DNA from: the human T2T-CHM13v2.0 reference genome, Homo sapiens | DNA length: 64,000 nt | Reading direction: 5' to 3' (one strand) | Assembly (NCBI RefSeq): GCF_009914755.1 | Contig: NC_060932.1 | Part shown: positions 34,632-48,019 of the stretch, one piece after another | How positions within the stretch are numbered: position 1 is the first letter of the stretch | Layout of the letters: every line of letters begins with the position of its first letter | Translations under genes and position numbers: made by a program | Notes under the pieces: model-generated | What the model was told of the DNA's origin: nothing | What the model saw: the letters and a program-made list of their open reading frames with translations, nothing else | The model's database searches: none

Positions 34632-36279
34632 GGAGGTGTTTTTAAAAAAAAATTCTGGTTTTCAGCTCTTTATTCATTATGTGTGACAAATAGCTTATCC
34701 TACACTCTTCTTCCTTTTTTTCTTAATGGTGATAAACACAAATTCTTAGTTGTATTAATTTTCAAATAAGTATGTTATATGTATTATTTAAGTAATAGTT
34801 CTTTGTCTTGGGACAATCAAGATATATTCCTAAATTAACTCATAGAAGGTTTGCGATTTAGTCTTTCATATTTAAATCTAAAATTCATCTAGAATTTTTA
34901 TTTTGTTGTCTACCATGTGAGATGTGGGTTCCAAATAGATATCCAATTGTCTCAGGACATATTTAAAAGACTCTGCAATGCCGTCGTTTACGAAAGGCAG
35001 AGTGTCTTCATATATGTAGGTATGTTTCTGGACTCTCTATTCTGATATATTGGTTTATTTATTTTTCTGTACCAATATCTCACTGTTGTAATTATTGTAG
35101 CTTTATAACCAGTCTTGATATCTGATTATGTAGATCTTCTAACTCTGTTCTTCTGCAATATTGCTTTCGCTATTTTTGGCCCTTAGCATATCCATATGCA
35201 AATAGAGGATTAGTTTCTCAATTTTCACAAACTACATATACACACACAAGAAACTTAATGAGATTTTGTTTGTGATAGTATTAAATCTATAGGTCAATTT
35301 GGAAAAAATTGGTATCTATACAACATGAGTCTTCTAATGCATGAATATGGTATTTTCCTCCACTTACGTAGGTACTCATTTGCTTGATAATTTTTGCCAG
35401 TTTTGTACATTTGGATCTTACACATTTTTAAAAGTGTTTTGTGTTTAACTCTAGAAATTTAATAATTTGATACTATTGTAAAGTGTCACAGAAATTAAGA
35501 ATTTAAAATTTTATTTTTCCAAATGTTTGGTACTGGTATGTAGAAGTACAATTCATTTTTTTATGTAGGTATATAACCGGCAAACTTACTAAGCTCATTA
35601 ATTCTAATATTGAATGTAGATTTATTTCTATGTACACAACTATGTAATCTGTGATAATGAAGATTTTAATTATTTTTAATCAAGCTTGGTATTAGTTTTG
35701 TAAATGCTTTGGTCATTATCCCTTCAAATATTTCAACTGTTCCATTTTCTTTATCTTTCTCTTCTTGGAGTATGGTTACTTATATTAGACTTTCTCTCTA
35801 TATTCTCTTATGTCTCATATCATTTCTTTTCTGATTTCCATCTTCTGTTTCTCCATTTTTCAGTTTGAATATTTTCTTCTGATTTATCTGGTAGTTCACC
35901 AATCCTCACTTCTGTGGCATCAAATATGTTGTCAAATCCATCAACTGAGTTCTTTATTTAGGTAATTTTAAATTTTCTAAAATTCTCTAGTTCTTTTTTA
36001 AAACTTACATATCCTTTTATTATAGTTTCTAGTTCTCAATTTTTCACTTTAACTTCTCTGAGTTTCAGATTTTCTATCTTTGCTTAAATTTTAGACTAGT
36101 TATTAAACCAAACTAGAACAGTTGGTTTGAATTAACCATAACCCCTCATTATTAGAATCAGAAGTCAGCCATCCTTAAACTTCTTATCTTTTCACATCTG
36201 CCATCTTTTAGACACATTCCTGCCATTCTGGACCTTAAATATGGCTAGGAAAATATGGTGCATGGCCATTAAGCATTAA

Positions 36280-36949
<670 letters not shown>

Positions 36950-36950
<1 letters not shown>

Positions 36951-37330
36951 TGATTAAGCAAGTCTGGGTTACATGCTTGCCCCTAAAGCTGAATGGGGAG
37001 GTCAATCGCACTTTAACCAATTGTCCTGAGAGTGGAAAAGGGCCAGAATTGCCGGATTCACCAAATGAAGATACGAGTTGCCCAGTTAAACTTTAATTCA
37101 GATAAACAATTAATAATACGTTAGTATAAGTATGTCCTCTGCAATATTTGGGACATATTTACATTAACCTATTATCTATTAATTTTGTGAACTCAGATTT
37201 AACTAGGAGTCCTATATTTGATCTGCAATTCTAAAGTGGGTGCTTCTGTTAAGGAAAATTGGGATGCTATCATGCAAAGGGGAATAGATGCTCAGCAAAC
37301 TAAAATGCAAAAATGCAAATATCTGCCAAG
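36950..37330 (-). mobile_element. MLT1 (K/L-like) fragment split by MER53
   Basis: tgattaagcaagtctgggttacatgcttgcccctaaagct...aaggaaaattgggatgcta...ggggaatagatgct. Confidence 0.55.
37044..37233. mobile_element. MER53 palindromic hAT MITE
   Basis: gcccagttaaa..ttcagataaacaa...tagtataagtatgtcc..gcaatatttgggacata...tttaactaggagtcctatattt; the two halves are self-complementary. Confidence 0.9.
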
Positions 37331-39711
37331 AATAGGCTAGGGAAGAAGCTAATAAATCTCTGTCCTTTTGAAACTCTACCATCTGAGTTATTGAAGACCC
37401 TCTTCAGTATAAACAAGTAACATGCTGACAACATGCCAATTTGCAATCCTAATTTTTAAAACATTTGGAGAGAATATGAATTATTCCAAAATTTGTCAAG
37501 ACAATTTGTTCACTTACAAAGTTACTTTCTTCTTCCCCAATTATTAAACAACTTTATTTCCATAAACCTGAATGCTCCAGGAGGTTTTAATGAAAATAAG
37601 TGGAACAATCTTCAAAATGTCCATCTAAGGAAAGAAATAATTCACTGAAGTATTAAAGAATCAGAAGTGTGTCACCACTCAAAGATTCCTCAGGCAGAAG
37701 TTAGAAGAAAATCTGATTATTATGATCTCTTTTATCCAGATCTGATTCCTGATCTACAAAACAAAATTTCGTTTGGGCCATTCACATAGTTCAACTTGCA
37801 AAATTAAATTTCAAGTCCACATAATGATTGGAAAAATAGAAGTTTTACAAGTTGTGTGACTATAGCACACTTGAAAAATGTTCCATAACAAAGATATTTT
37901 GCAGAGGGACAAAATATGTCAAGTGAAATAAACTAAGTAATGAATATGTGCCCAATGTGGACATGTATATAAATTCATATAGGAAATGTTTATTCCTACT
38001 TATGCCCTGTAGGAATATAAACATGATTTTAAAGAGAGGTAATTTTACAAATTATAAATCATCTATTGCCGGCCCTAGCCAAAAAAAAAAATGCATTTTA
38101 ACCAGACCCCACCCCAAGTCACCCCTGGCCCTGTTCCCAACGTACACCTACACCTGTCCAAGCTGCGGTGTGTCCCTCAGGCATCGATAGAAATAACTAA
38201 AAGGAATGAAGCAGATGCCCCTCACGATATCAAGGCATCTATTTTTACCCTTAAAGAGTAGCCATGCTATTTGTGGTTGCTAGTTTTCCATACATCATCC
38301 TCCCCCTTTGCCTTCTCTTTCTCTTTCTTGCTTCTCACACCTGTGTTTGTGAAACAACCTTAAGATCTTTTTACAAAAGCAAAGCATAGCAGCTGGGGGT
38401 TGTTTGTTTCACATACCTTCTGGCAACTGCTGCTCCACAAATGTCCAATTCGCACTTCCGTCCTGCCTGTCTACAGGGAATATTCTGCTGTTCCTTGCCT
38501 TATTTGTGGACATTTCTTTGCTGCGTGTGGGTGAATGTATGGAGGTGGAAGGGCAGATGGTGTGCTCTTTGCATTCTGGGTTTAGCTATATCATCTGTGA
38601 TAGACAACTTTCAGTGGTTCAGTGAACCCCCACCAGCCTTTCTAGCAAGAGAATAGATAGGTGCAGATTAGAAACAGTCATTTGCTACAGGGAAACAACC
38701 AACATCTTATTTGCATCTGTACATGTCAACAATGCAATTAGGACAAACTTTTGAGAGAATTAGATTGAAGTGGTAATTAAAGAATTGTGTTGTGAATTTT
38801 AATGTGATTGTCAAGAGGTAAATTATTTGATATTGTATTCATCCACTTTAGAAAAAATGCCGTGGAACCTTTCAAAGAAAAGTCTCTGAAAATATCAGTA
38901 GTGCTAGGGATCCGATGAAGGCATAAATTGCTTATTTAAGATTCAAATAGCTCAGAGGCTCATTATATTAAACTCCACCACAATGGAGTCTTCTTACAGT
39001 GTTGGGGTACAGGATGCATGATGGAATTTTTTCTGGTGTGTTGAAATTGTAGTTTAGGCCCCCAAAGCTGAGGTCATTAGGAAAAAGTACTTCTACATTC
39101 TAAACAGCAGTACTAGGTAGCCCATGCTCATTTACTAAAAGTTAACAGAACTTGCATTAAATGATCAGTGTTCCTCTTCCCTATTACCCATCTCCATTTA
39201 AAGAGAGTCAGAAGAGCCATTGAATTTGAGCATTATGGACATAACAGCTGTGTCATTTCCCTCTTATTCTAGCCAAACTAGAAGGAGTTAAGAGAACTCC
39301 CTTGAGACTGGGAGGATCTACATGAGAGGAGACAGGAAACCCCTTGCCTGGCTGGACCCTGCAGTTGCCACCATGAGCCAGGAAATAGATTTGGTGAGTG
39401 ATTTGTGCCCCCAAGTGCAGAGGCTGGTGCTTGTTTTTGACCTGGTGAGCTCAGAAGGCCTGAGATTGGCTGAAGCTACCTATGCATGAAAGCAAGGGCT
39501 GCCACAAGGAGAATCTTGCACTTGTGCCAGCTGGCTTGGTGGAGTGTGCCTGTCACGTGGGCTCAGGTGCTTGTGATTGGACCGTGTACAAAAGTGAAGC
39601 CAGTAGGGATTAACAGATATCAACAAGAGGTTAAAAAATTAGGGATGCCAAAACTCAGCCAGAGAACACATCACCCATATCAGGGCATAATGTGGTAAGG
39701 AGATTCCTATG

Positions 39712-40266
39712 TGTTTTAAGAGTATCTGAGATTTGTTTTAATCAGACATGGTAAGACAAAAAGACATGTAAATTGCTCTTATGAAGAAAAAAGTTGATTA
39801 TACTCACAGCTCCCTAGGAACAGGAAGCATAACCACTGCATGGTGGGGAGGGTTGGTGGGGTGCACATGGAGAAGCACCAGGGTTGGTTAGGAAGCAGAG
39901 GGAGCTGGAGGAAATTCAAGCAAAAGCCTTTATTGTAATTTCTGTGGAAAGGAACACAACGCAGGGTAAGTAGGACTGGCTAATTTAAATAATTTCAGAG
40001 GCTCCGGAGTGTAGGGTCTGTCCCTAGTTGTCTGGTACCTGGCCTTGGTGTGAGTAGGGCAAATGGGTAGTGGCCTGGGTTGTGAGAGCCCCATGAAGGA
40101 AGTGATTGGGTGTGGGCTCTGGATTAAGCAGTTTGCGTGTTCCTAAACCAGGGAGTTGCTTATGATCTCTAGGAATTGGCTAACCATGTAAGGGAATGTC
40201 CCTCCAGGTTCAGGAAGTCCCCAGATGTCAATAAGAATACAGAAAATGAAAGACATGGGTAATACA
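39712..40266 (-). mobile_element. MER74-like ERVL solo LTR
   Basis: tgtccctagttgtctggtacctggcc...gtgggctctggatt...atctctaggaattggcta...ccccagatgtcaa; ends taataca. Confidence 0.8.
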
Positions 40267-40302
40267 TTGTGGATGCCCTCCAAAGAACCCATGTCTGAGC
40301 TC

Positions 40303-40325
40303 AAAAAAAAAAAAAAAAAAAAAAA
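40303..40325 (+). repeat. A23 homopolymer
   Basis: Direct. Confidence 0.95.
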
Positions 40326-41212
40326 CTGGTATTTTGATGCCTGCCACAATGGGAGTAACAATAGTGAACCAATGTTAACCAAGAGATAACTAAAGCAGCA
40401 CCAGGGACTAAACCTGGGAGGGACACACTCTTCCTCAAGTCATTCTCCTGATGGAGGAAAGATAATCAGAATGGCAGATATATGGCCAACCACTGTAAGG
40501 GAAAGTGGGGACTCTGCTTGAGAAACTGCATTTGAACAGTAATTTTCAAAATTACTTAGGCTGTTTATATAAAATCCTATGTACACCTTTCCAACCCTTA
40601 CTCTACATGTTTAGTTTACTTAAAGGCTTATTGAGAATTAGCTATAATTCCAATTTTCCCAGTTTTCTACTTTTTAATTCTCTTTATACAGCATTGGATG
40701 TATCTTGCAAAAACGTTTTTCTTTGGTAATGATATGAAAATGGTGCTTTTTTTCCTGAGCCTTTGCCTATCTAGATATCCTTCTATTGTCTTCACAAGCA
40801 AAAATTTCCCTGAGTTTTTAATTTAAATCAGAGCTGTTAATATGACTATGGACATGGCTACATTTTTTCTGGAATTTGATTTTGCAGAGACAAAGGACTG
40901 GAGACTATTTCTAATGCTTATTATGTTTTAGATGATCTGCTTTTCTAACTTGATTCATGTAGAGTTTTTTCTCTTTTTTTTAGTTAAAAAAAGTCCCATC
41001 TATATCTTAAAGTGAATCAATGTTTATTGATTTGGTCTGATACACGATGGCATATTTTGATCAGCTAGCTCATATTTTCTTTGTCAGGCAAATTTTCTTC
41101 TGTCATAATTTTGATTGTTCCTTCTGTTTCCTCTGGTTTTTAATTAGAAAATTCTGTACTCTTAACCCTCTGTCTTCCATGTCTGCTTTCCTATCTTGAA
41201 ACTTTTTAGTCT

Positions 41213-42075
41213 TTATCAGTTAGGAAAGTGTTCAGATATTAATAACAGAATATATAGCAAAAGAGTGGATTAAACAAATAGGGCTGTTTATTTCACACAA
41301 CAAGAAGTCCAGAGACTGGCAGGTTATGCCCAGTGCAGCTGATAGATGCAGGAGGCAGAGAAGCGAGGGTCCCTGGAGAGTCTTCAACCCTCCCCACAAG
41401 TGTTTACATCAGATGTTTTTGTGCAAATGAGGGAACCTTCCCAGGGCCTTCTCTGGGCATGTGCGCAATGGACTGGGGATTCACCTACACACTGGGAGAA
41501 TAGGGTGGAGCCACTGAGAATTCACACCTTATGCAGTGGGGAGGAGTCTGGCCTCTTGGTATTCAATCTGTGAGGTAGGAGCCTGTTGGCAGGACCCCTT
41601 CTTTTTTGCTGAGAGCTTTCTTTTAATAAATTCCACTCTCCTCACCTTTCAATATGTCCGCGTGCCTAATTTTTCCTGGTTGTTAGACAAGAACCCAGAT
41701 TTTAGCTGAACTAAAGAGCAAAAAATCCTGCATCACAATGACTACAAAATAACATCACAATGTTAGGCTCATTCTATCTCTTTGCTCTGCCAGCCTTAGC
41801 ATGCTGGCTTGTTGCCTCTTGGTTTTAAAATGGTTGCTGTAACTACAGGTATCATAACTATGTTCCAAATAGGAAATGGGGTGGGGAGAGCAAAAAGGTG
41901 AAGGAGGCCTTCTCCCAGTGAGGTTCTGTCTTTTTATTTGGCAAGGAGGTAGTTCACAAACCAATTTTGTGCCTCACTGGCCAGAACTGGTCACATGCCA
42001 CCCCCCAGCTGGTCAGTGGCTGGGAAAAGGGGTGAAGGATGGGGTTGGTCAGCCAGCCAAGATTGCCTGCTTGCA
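41213..42075 (-). mobile_element. MLT1 (J/I-like) LTR split by MER48
   Basis: atcagttagga...acaagaagtccagag | tctttgctctgccagccttagcatg...aaaatggttgctg...tcactggccagaactggtcacatgcca. Confidence 0.8.
41340..41735 (+). mobile_element. MER48-like ERV1 solo LTR
   Basis: TG...CA ends (tgatagatgcaggaggcaga ... gagcaaaaaatcctgcatca), 396 bp, internal aataaa. Confidence 0.8.
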
Positions 42076-42879
42076 ATGTCTTCCTGTTCCTCATCATCAT
42101 CCTGGAAGAGGCTCTCAAGTTGATTCATTACATAAATGAACCAGTTTTCTAAAATCAATTCTGTTCATTTGCATTACCAATACGAATTTTAATTCTGTGA
42201 TTTTTCTTTTTGGTTTCCATGGTTTTTAATTTTTATTTTATTATTATAATTACTTTGTTATTTCAAGTATCTGCCTTTTAAAGTTTCATTCTGCATGTCA
42301 GCCTAAATTTTACCACCTAATTCTGATCTCTTCTTATGGTTTTTTATTGTTATTTTTCTATAGAGACTGTGAGTTTGTCTGTCTTGTTGAAAACAAGAAG
42401 TCTATTTTTTATTTCCTGTAACGAACCATTTATAATCATGTAATTTCCTCTGAGACTTTGATATAATAATACTTCATTTTACTCAAGCCAAAATCTTTTT
42501 TCCCCAAAGGTCCCATGTTATTGATTTGTATTTATTTTTAATTCCTCCTTGACTTAGGATGACTCTACACATATAAACCCACGTATACTTTGTATTTGCC
42601 TTTGCCTGTGTTCCTAACATCCACTTTTAGATTCTCAGTCCCATTCTCATATCTTACGTTGTGAATGAATTGACGATTTATTTTTCCATCCCCCAATCCA
42701 ATTTCCACTGTTGATTAGCATTTCCCTGTTGGTCTGAGGTAGGAACATCTATACCTTTGCTTCTCAGTTTTCAGGTGTGAGAAGAGTTTATGTTCAGTAC
42801 AAGCAAGTAGAGCAATGCCTGAAGCATGGTTAGGTCTCAATATATATTATATCACCATCATCATTATTATCATTATTAT

Positions 42880-43085
42880 TAGAGGAAAGATAAATTTTAA
42901 CCCAATAATCACATACATTAATATATAATCTCACAGCGAGATAAAAGAGATGACCGCCATTTCATGAGAGCACAGAACAGAGGAACTTGATTTAGCCAGG
43001 GCCAAGACAGGGGAAAGAGGCTATGGCTGTGTCACAGAAGACTCCACTGAGGAAGTGATACTTGAGCTGAGATGAGAAAGATAAC
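42880..43085 (-). mobile_element. L2a fragment
   Basis: gaagactccactgaggaagtgatacttgagctgagatg. Confidence 0.65.
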
Positions 43086-43099
43086 GTGTCAATTGTGAA

Positions 43100-43585
43100 T
43101 ATTTTGTTTGCCAGTGGGTTTCTAATAGACTTAAATGAAAGGGCACCGCTTGATTCAAGGAATTGAGAAGCAAGATGTGTCTTCAAGCATGGCTAGATCC
43201 AGGTAAGTTGTCTCTCCATCTCCTGACTCTGCTATCCTCTGTGTTGGCTTAATTCTCTGAAAATACTCTTCACAATTCTCAGAAAGGCCAAAATCAGCTC
43301 CAGTCTCACTTCCTACCAGGTTTGCTACCCTAAGAAGAAGAAGGCTTCTCATTCCCAACGATTCCAACCTAAGTCCTAGAAATAAGTCCTACTTACCTAG
43401 ATGGGTAACATGACCCTCTCTAAGTGAATTGCTGACACCAGAGGAATGGAATGCCTTGAATCACCAGGTCTAGGCCCTGTGTCTTTACCTGGAATGAGAA
43501 CTGATTGAGGAGGAGAAAAGGCAGAGAAGGTATTACCAAAAAGGTGACTGGATTCTGGACAGGCAAAACAATAGCCTATACTGTA
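43100..43585 (-). mobile_element. MLT1K-like LTR
   Basis: cttcaagcatggctagatccagg...ctctgctatcctctgtgttggctt.attct...ccagaggaatggaatg. Confidence 0.75.
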
Positions 43586-44494
43586 TACAGAATAGCAAAT
43601 AACAGGGTCCAGTCTTCATTTTCTTCCTGACTCTCTGTATCTCTCGCTGCCTTCAGTACCTTAAGCATATTGTCTACTGAGGAATGTGATCTTTGAGTAG
43701 CTATATAAAAAGAAGCACCATATCTGGTCACTGAAAGCCCTGGAGCAAATGCAGTGTTTATAATTTTTAGATACCCTGTATCTCTAAAACAGTCAAACAG
43801 TAGGGTGAAGCCCTTCCTTTCATTGTACCTGCTCAGCTACCTGGTTCTATTTCAGAAATTAAAGTATCCAAAAGACACCGATTAGGTTCAGAAAGTCAGC
43901 TCAAACAGACTTGAAAAGTGAAAGAGAAACTAATTAATTCTGTAACTAAAAAAATTCCTCCCAGACTCCAATAAATCGCTGACTATAAGCTTCAGTTTCT
44001 AATACTATGAGATTTCATTCTTTTTCTGCAACCATGAATTTTTAAATTGAGAGTTACGGGAGGCATTTTTCAGGAACTGGATATAATAGCCTGAAACCAT
44101 TTTATCCCTGATGGTCGCACAAGATTTAATAGCTAATTAGTCAACTCTTGGTGACCAAGTGAGTGTAAGGGGTCACTGAAGTGATGTTTCTTCTAAACTA
44201 GCACGATGCTAGCAGGACTGCTGCTTCACCTGGACTGGGTGGAGGGAGAGTTAATCATTGGATCAACAGCTAGGGTAAATCAAGACTTTTAATGCCTTCC
44301 TCACTCTAAAATTCTGTATCTCCATTATTCTATATTTAAGAGTATTTATAAAACACTACCAAGTAATTCAGCTGTGGATAAATTATTTGATTTTCATTGT
44401 GACATTCTTTCTCCAGTTTGCCACTTCACTGGTAAGAAGAAAGAATAATTCACAAGACAAAATAGTATTTGACACGGCAAATTATTATGCAAAC

Positions 44495-44874
44495 TGTTAG
44501 AAAAAAAACTCAAGACAAATTAAAATTAACAGAGTTTAACTGAGCAAAAAACTATTAACAAATCAGGCAGCCCACAGAACCAAAATAGGTTCAGAGCAGC
44601 TCTGGGACTACCACATGGTCCAATGACAGTTATAGACAGAAGAAGGAAAGTGAAGTACAGAAAACAAAAGTGAGGTATACAGCTTAGTGCTTGCCTTATG
44701 TGAACACAGTTGGAACAGTTGGCTGCCTGTGATTGGCTGAGACTCTACTACTTGTTACAAGATCAGGTAATAGTCTGTTTACACATCCAGTTAGGTCACA
44801 GTTCACTATGTGTGGAGAAACATTTAGGCCAAATTTAAAATATGTAAGGAGACAGCTTTAAGCTAAACTTAACA
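44495..44874 (-). mobile_element. MER57-family ERV1 solo LTR
   Basis: gtctgtttacacatccagttagg...aaaatatgtaaggagacagcttta.gctaaacttaaca; TSD aaac/agac. Confidence 0.88.
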
Positions 44875-45394
44875 AGACAACGAAAAATAGACTCTAAAAT
44901 TTCTGTGAGTCACTGCAATTGCCAATTCTTCCAGAAGGAATTCCACCCAAGCTGATTCATTTAAAACACAGATAACTCGTCAGAAGATAGGTGTTACAAA
45001 GACTTTCAAGCCCAAGGAACTGCTGAAGAGACTGCATCGAAGATCCAGCATCCATAGTGTACTTCATGGAATCCAGACTGCGCCAACTGACAGCAATAGA
45101 GAGGCCTCAGGGTAGGTATTAATGGTGAATGAGCATGTAGATATTAGATCCAAATGTCAGATCTCCATGAGGAGCAATGTGGAAGTACCTTGCAAAAGGC
45201 AAATCTCTCTAGACAATCTGATTATTGTAAATACCTGCTGCATCTAGTGAGTGGAGGAACCTGTCCTCTTTTCATTTGCTCTTGTTGGAAGCAGCAGTAA
45301 TAGCCTATGGTATCTTTTCTGTCCATCATGAGTTATAAAAGTACATTTGTAATACAAACAAAGGAGGCACACTAACACTTACCTACCAGGAATA

Positions 45395-45576
45395 GGTATG
45401 AATACCTGCTGTCTGCCAGGTCCTGGCCAAAAGAGTATACATGATTATGCATTAAACAGTCACCAAAAATATTTTTGACAAATACCATGACACCTACTTC
45501 ATAAAATTAAAAAAAACCTAAAAGCTCAGAGTATATCGTTAATTTGCCCTAAATAACATAGTAAACAGGTAGCAAG
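45395..45576 (-). mobile_element. MIR, degraded
   Basis: tgaatacctgctgtctgccagg...aaagctcagag...taatttgccc. Confidence 0.5.
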
Positions 45577-46668
45577 TATGAAAGGAAGGGGTGTTGTTCA
45601 TCTGAGAAGAACAGTGGAAAAATAAAAGTGTTATTAAAAAAACAGAACCAAGGAAACCGAGATCAAACATAGCTTAAAGTATGACTATGACACAGATTTA
45701 ATGAGAAACTCACAGTGAACTAGAAGATTTTAAAAATAATTTTTAATCAATTTATTTATTTGTACTTTTGATATTGACTCTACATCATTTAACCCTGAAC
45801 ATGGATGAGGAAATCAACAGGAATGTCACAAGGCCCAGGGGTCATTGTTGCTGAGTGTGGATATCACAGCTCCCGTACATGGCTACAGAGACATGGCATG
45901 TTCTCGTATGTAACCCTTTCAGACTGCTTTTTGTTTATCAATAGCAATATTCAATATTCATGCTTCTAAAACATCACTCTGCCCAAGAAGCAAATATCTG
46001 ATCCACAACTTAATGCAATAATTACTGAATCAGATATCTCTGGGAAGCAATTATTTTTAAATAGCCATAGCTATTTTGATTACGTGGACATTTAAGTTCT
46101 TTCTTTGCCACATTTGTCTTCAAAAGAGAGATGGTAGGATCAAAAGAAAAATGTAATATTGGTGTCATGAAAGTGTAAGAGATATTTAACACTTCAGGAA
46201 ATAGAGTGAGACTAGAATTATTTTAGCATCTTAGTCTTACGTGGAAGATGTATAAAGATGCCACCATCGTTGTGCTAATAATTGAACAGAGGCCCCTTTT
46301 TCCCCATTTATCTTTTTCTTTGTCATGAGAAAGTGGTTTTACAAATTGCAAATATTATCAACATTGCTGGGACTTGTACTAGTCAGAAAACCTCACAGTG
46401 TCCCAGTTTTGGTGTTTTGCTTTTTTCTTTTTTTTTTTCCTACCTGTAATATGAGTCTAATAGTGCTTTGTGATCTACAATCCCAGAGAATAACTTTTTG
46501 CATTATTCTAAACAGTAAGCTATGATGAAAAAATAGTTGAAAAGCTAACAAATTAGGTTTCCCATCTAATTTTTATTACAAAACTCTGTAACAGGTTTTT
46601 AATTCCTGAAACCCACTCTGGGAATCCCCACAGGATCCCCCACATGATTATGCCCACCTTTCTCTACA

Positions 46669-48019
46669 CGGTCATGTGCCCCATAACAACATTTTTGTCA
46701 AGGATGGACCACATATATGGCAGTAGTTTCATAAGATTATAATGGAGCTGAAAAATTCCTCTTGCCTAGTGACATCATAGCTGTCATCACATAGCAGCAC
46801 AATACATTATTACAAAAACCTATGATAAAAAAAGAAACAGAGCAAGCAAATCACCATGGACATATTTTTGAAAAGAGTGACACCTCCTCAAGAAGAGCCT
46901 CAGGCAGGTCCTTCAGGAGTTTTTCCAGAAGAAGGCATTGTTATCATAGGAGATGACAGCTCCATGCATGTTATTGCCCCTGAAGACCTTCCAGTGGGAC
47001 AAGATGTGGAGGTGGAGGACAGTGATATTGGTGATCCTGATTCTAATGTGTGGGTGTCTCTGTTAACTTTTAACAAAAAAACGTTTAAAATTTTAAGAAA
47101 AAATTAAAAATAGAAAAAAGTTTACAGAATAAGGATATGAAGAATGGAAGTATTTGTCTGCAGCTGTACAATGTGTGTTTTAAGCTGTGGTATTACAAAA
47201 GAGTCAAAAAGTTTTTTAAAACTTAAGTTTATAAAGTTAAAAAGTTAAGCTAAGGTTAATTTATTATTGAAGAGATAATTTTTTTAAATGTTTGTGTTTT
47301 TTTTTTGAGATGGAGTCTTCGCTCTGTCTCCAGGCTGGAGTGCAGTGGTGCGCTCTCGGCTCACTGCAACCTCCGCGGGTTCAAGAGATTCTTTTGCCTC
47401 AGCCTCCCGAGTAGCTGGGACTACAGGCGTGCCACCATGCCCAGCTAATTTTTGTATTTTTAGTAGAGATGGGGTTTCACCATGTTGGCTAGGATAGTCT
47501 CAATCTCTTGACCTCGTGATCTGCCCACCTCGGCCTCCCAAAGTGCTGGGATTACAGGCATGAGCCACTGCACCCAGTCTTTAAAAATAAATTTAGTGTC
47601 GCCTAAGTGTACAGTGTTTACCAAGCCTACAGTGATGTATAGTTATGTCCTAGGCCTTCACAGTCACTCACCAACAGCAACTCTCAGTCCTGCAAACTCC
47701 ATTCGTAGTAAGTGCTCTGTACAGGTATATCATATTTTTATCTTAATATCTTAATTTTACTGTACCTTTTCTATGTTTAGGTATGCTTAGATACACATTT
47801 GCTTACCATTGTGTTACAATTGCCTACAGTATTCAGCACAGTAACATGCTAAACCAGTTTGTAACCTAGGAGCCATAGGCCATACCATATAGCCTAGGAG
47901 TGTAGTAGCCTATACCATGTAGGTTTGTGAAGTACACTCCATGAAGTCCGCACAACTACAAAATCACCTAATGATGCATTTCTCAGAATGTGTCCCCATA
48001 ATTAAGCAATATATGACTG
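46669..48019 (+). mobile_element. Tigger3b (Golem-derived) non-autonomous DNA transposon, interrupted by an Alu
   Basis: Termini cggtcatgtgcc...taac and ttaagcaatatatgactg|TA; retains transposase C-terminus MDIFLKRVTPPQEEPQAGPSG (ORF 46856-47107). Confidence 0.9.
47291..47579 (-). mobile_element. AluSc
   Basis: Antisense dimer with tctcttgacctcgtgat diagnostic. Confidence 0.93.

Larger units (their letters stand above)
33885..36090 (-). mobile_element. Old L1ME, fragmented (3'UTR, ORF2 end, ORF1 region)
   Basis: ggtcaagaaataaaacattacca; gatatccaattgt; tgtttctggactctctattctg; aatctataggtcaatttgg; aaatccatcaactgagtt. Confidence 0.8.
40640..42500 (-). mobile_element. HAL1/old L1 ORF1-like remnant, interrupted by MLT1J and MER48
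   Basis: T-rich; ttttcctgagcctttgcctatct...tcaggcaaattttcttctgt...tgtcttccatgtct; resumes after ~42090. Confidence 0.5.

Noticed and set aside
38709-38734. OCT4-SOX2 composite element
   Set aside because: The 12-nt spacing does not fit the canonical adjacent arrangement
43200-43208. Perfect donor CAG|GTAAGT; also the donor near 21569-21577 in MSTB
   Set aside because: Inside LTR remnants with no convincing nearby acceptor or promoter
46620-46629. Consensus NF-kB site GGGAATCCCC
   Set aside because: A single 10-mer with no supporting context
46856-47107. 83-aa protein-like acidic ORF (MDIFLKRVTPPQEEPQAGPSG...)
   Set aside because: It is the transposase C-terminal remnant carried by Tigger3b, not a host gene
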